64,000 nucleotides of DNA, taken from Bacillota bacterium (GTDB lineage Bacteria > Bacillota > Clostridia > Christensenellales > SZUA-584). The notes beneath the pieces are model-generated. The model was not told the origin of the DNA and did no database searches. It saw nothing but the letters and a program-made list of their open reading frames with translations. The stretch is from positions 54,877 through 118,876 of the forward strand of contig JAEWRI010000044.1 of NCBI GenBank assembly GCA_023460085.1. Reading direction: 5' to 3'. This document shows positions 63,375 through 64,000 of the stretch, piece by piece; position 1 is the stretch's first letter; every line of letters starts with the position of its first letter. Position numbers and translations under genes: made by a program.

Positions 63375-64000
63375 ATGTCTAAACACCGGCATCCAAAAAA
63401 ACTGCAGCTCAAAGCATTCTGGCGCACCGTGAAACAAGGAACCCACCGCATCTGGCAGCGTGTGTGCGCAGCGTTTACGTCTGTACCGCACCGTTTGAAC
63501 CTTCAGCGCTTCGGGAAAAAGCATCTCGGCGCGAAGTCTGAAAAACCGGCAGTCACGGTACAGCCCGCTGCTCAGCGCAGTGTCTCTGCCGCCTATACCC
63601 GCAGTCACAGCGGAAAACGCCGCCGTGTATTTCGAATTAAAAATGCACGTCGTGTGCTCGTTGCGGGCGGAGCGCTTGTAATCGTCGTCACAGGCATCGT
63701 ACTTGCCGCAACGCTGACAGGAACCAAAACGCAGCAGACCGTGGCGCAGGAATCACAGACCTCCATTTCTCCCGAGTACAGCGCGGTACAGTCCTCTGCC
63801 GTCGGGCAGCTTGCCAGCATATCCGTCGTCACACCGGTATATGAATCGGTGCGCATCGAGGAAGGCACCACCGCCGTGGTGGTAGGCGACGTGCAGGGGC
63901 GGCTGATGGAGCTGGGTTATATGGACGCCGACGAACCGGACAGCATTTACGGCCAGCAGACCGCCGCCGCTATCAACCATTTCAAAACGCAGCACGGCCT
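63375..64000 (+). CDS. Paralogue of the preceding PG-binding/NlpC-P60 protein (5' part; runs off the window)
   Basis: Not in the ORF track because it is open-ended. My translation from the ATG at 63375 is MSKHRHPKKLQLKAFWRTV...RRRVFRIKNARRVLVAGGALVIVVTGIVLAATLTG...VYESVRIEEGTTAVVVGDVQGRLMELGYMDADEPDSIYGQQTAAAINHFKTQHG. It is collinear with aa 1-190 of the upstream gene (..VSESIRISEGVSASMVTDVQERLMDLGYMDIDEADSVYGAQTAEAVNHFKAQHG). Confidence 0.85.
   Translation, partial: MSKHRHPKKLQLKAFWRTVKQGTHRIWQRVCAAFTSVPHRLNLQRFGKKHLGAKSEKPAVTVQPAAQRSVSAAYTRSHSGKRRRVFRIKNARRVLVAGGALVIVVTGIVLAATLTGTKTQQTVAQESQTSISPEYSAVQSSAVGQLASISVVTPVYESVRIEEGTTAVVVGDVQGRLMELGYMDADEPDSIYGQQTAAAINHFKTQHG

Overview
This 64-kb window is about 93% coding and looks like core chromosome from a high-GC Firmicute. 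The Clostridia-like assignment rests on gene content (cheC/cheD, fabK, glgD, split gcvPA/PB); I cannot name the species. All calls come from reading the supplied translations and the DNA by eye, with no database search.

Gene blocks, in order:
- 1-14.4 kb, minus strand: one long co-directional flagellar/chemotaxis cluster, reading in transcription order fliK-like, flhB-C-like, a Cys/His-domain protein, fliD, fliS, fliT/flgN-like, DUF327, cheW, cheR, cheB, SLT, flgB, flgC, fliE, fliO, fliP, fliQ, fliR, flhB, flhA.
- 14.6-19.2 kb, plus strand: a divergent cheC-cheD-cheY-cheA-HD-GYP operon.
- 19.3-22.6 kb: cell-wall genes (VanW-family protein, Amidase_3) and a GlsB/YeaQ membrane protein.
- 22.7-33 kb: glycogen operon glgB-C-D-A-P plus a GH13 enzyme.
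- 33-34.6 kb: PfkB kinase and a DUF4234 membrane protein.
- 34.9-40.2 kb: GntR regulator, glycyl-radical enzyme (GRE), its activase, and a split-barrel flavoprotein-like gene.
- 40.3-42.2 kb: a soluble MCP-signalling domain fused to a periplasmic-binding-protein (PBP) type I fold.
- 42.4-52.2 kb: type II fatty-acid synthesis cluster (marR/fabT-like, accBCDA, fabH, acpP, fabK, fabD, fabG, fabF, fabZ).
- 52.3-55.4 kb: APC permease, two small genes and a GNAT acetyltransferase.
- 55.4-60 kb: glycine cleavage operon gcvT-H-PA-PB behind a tandem glycine riboswitch.
- 60.2-64 kb: a LarA homologue and two tandem peptidoglycan-binding/NlpC-P60 paralogues, the second running off the window.

I found no rRNA, tRNA, CRISPR array, transposase, integrase, phage gene or recognisable defence gene. 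There is no clear-cut novel system here. The best candidates for new biology are:
- the unassigned glycyl-radical enzyme operon and its unusual hairpin- and palindrome-rich leader;
- the transmembrane-less MCP::PBP1 fusion;
- the papain-fold-like Cys/His protein and the stand-alone FlhB-C paralogue coupled to fliK, both inside the flagellar operon;
- a sigma-28-type promoter that abuts the ATG of the lytic transglycosylase gene, which lacks a Shine-Dalgarno (SD) sequence.

Many ORF-track entries carry spurious N-terminal extensions. Where an SD sequence and the upstream gene's stop made it clear, I trimmed the start.
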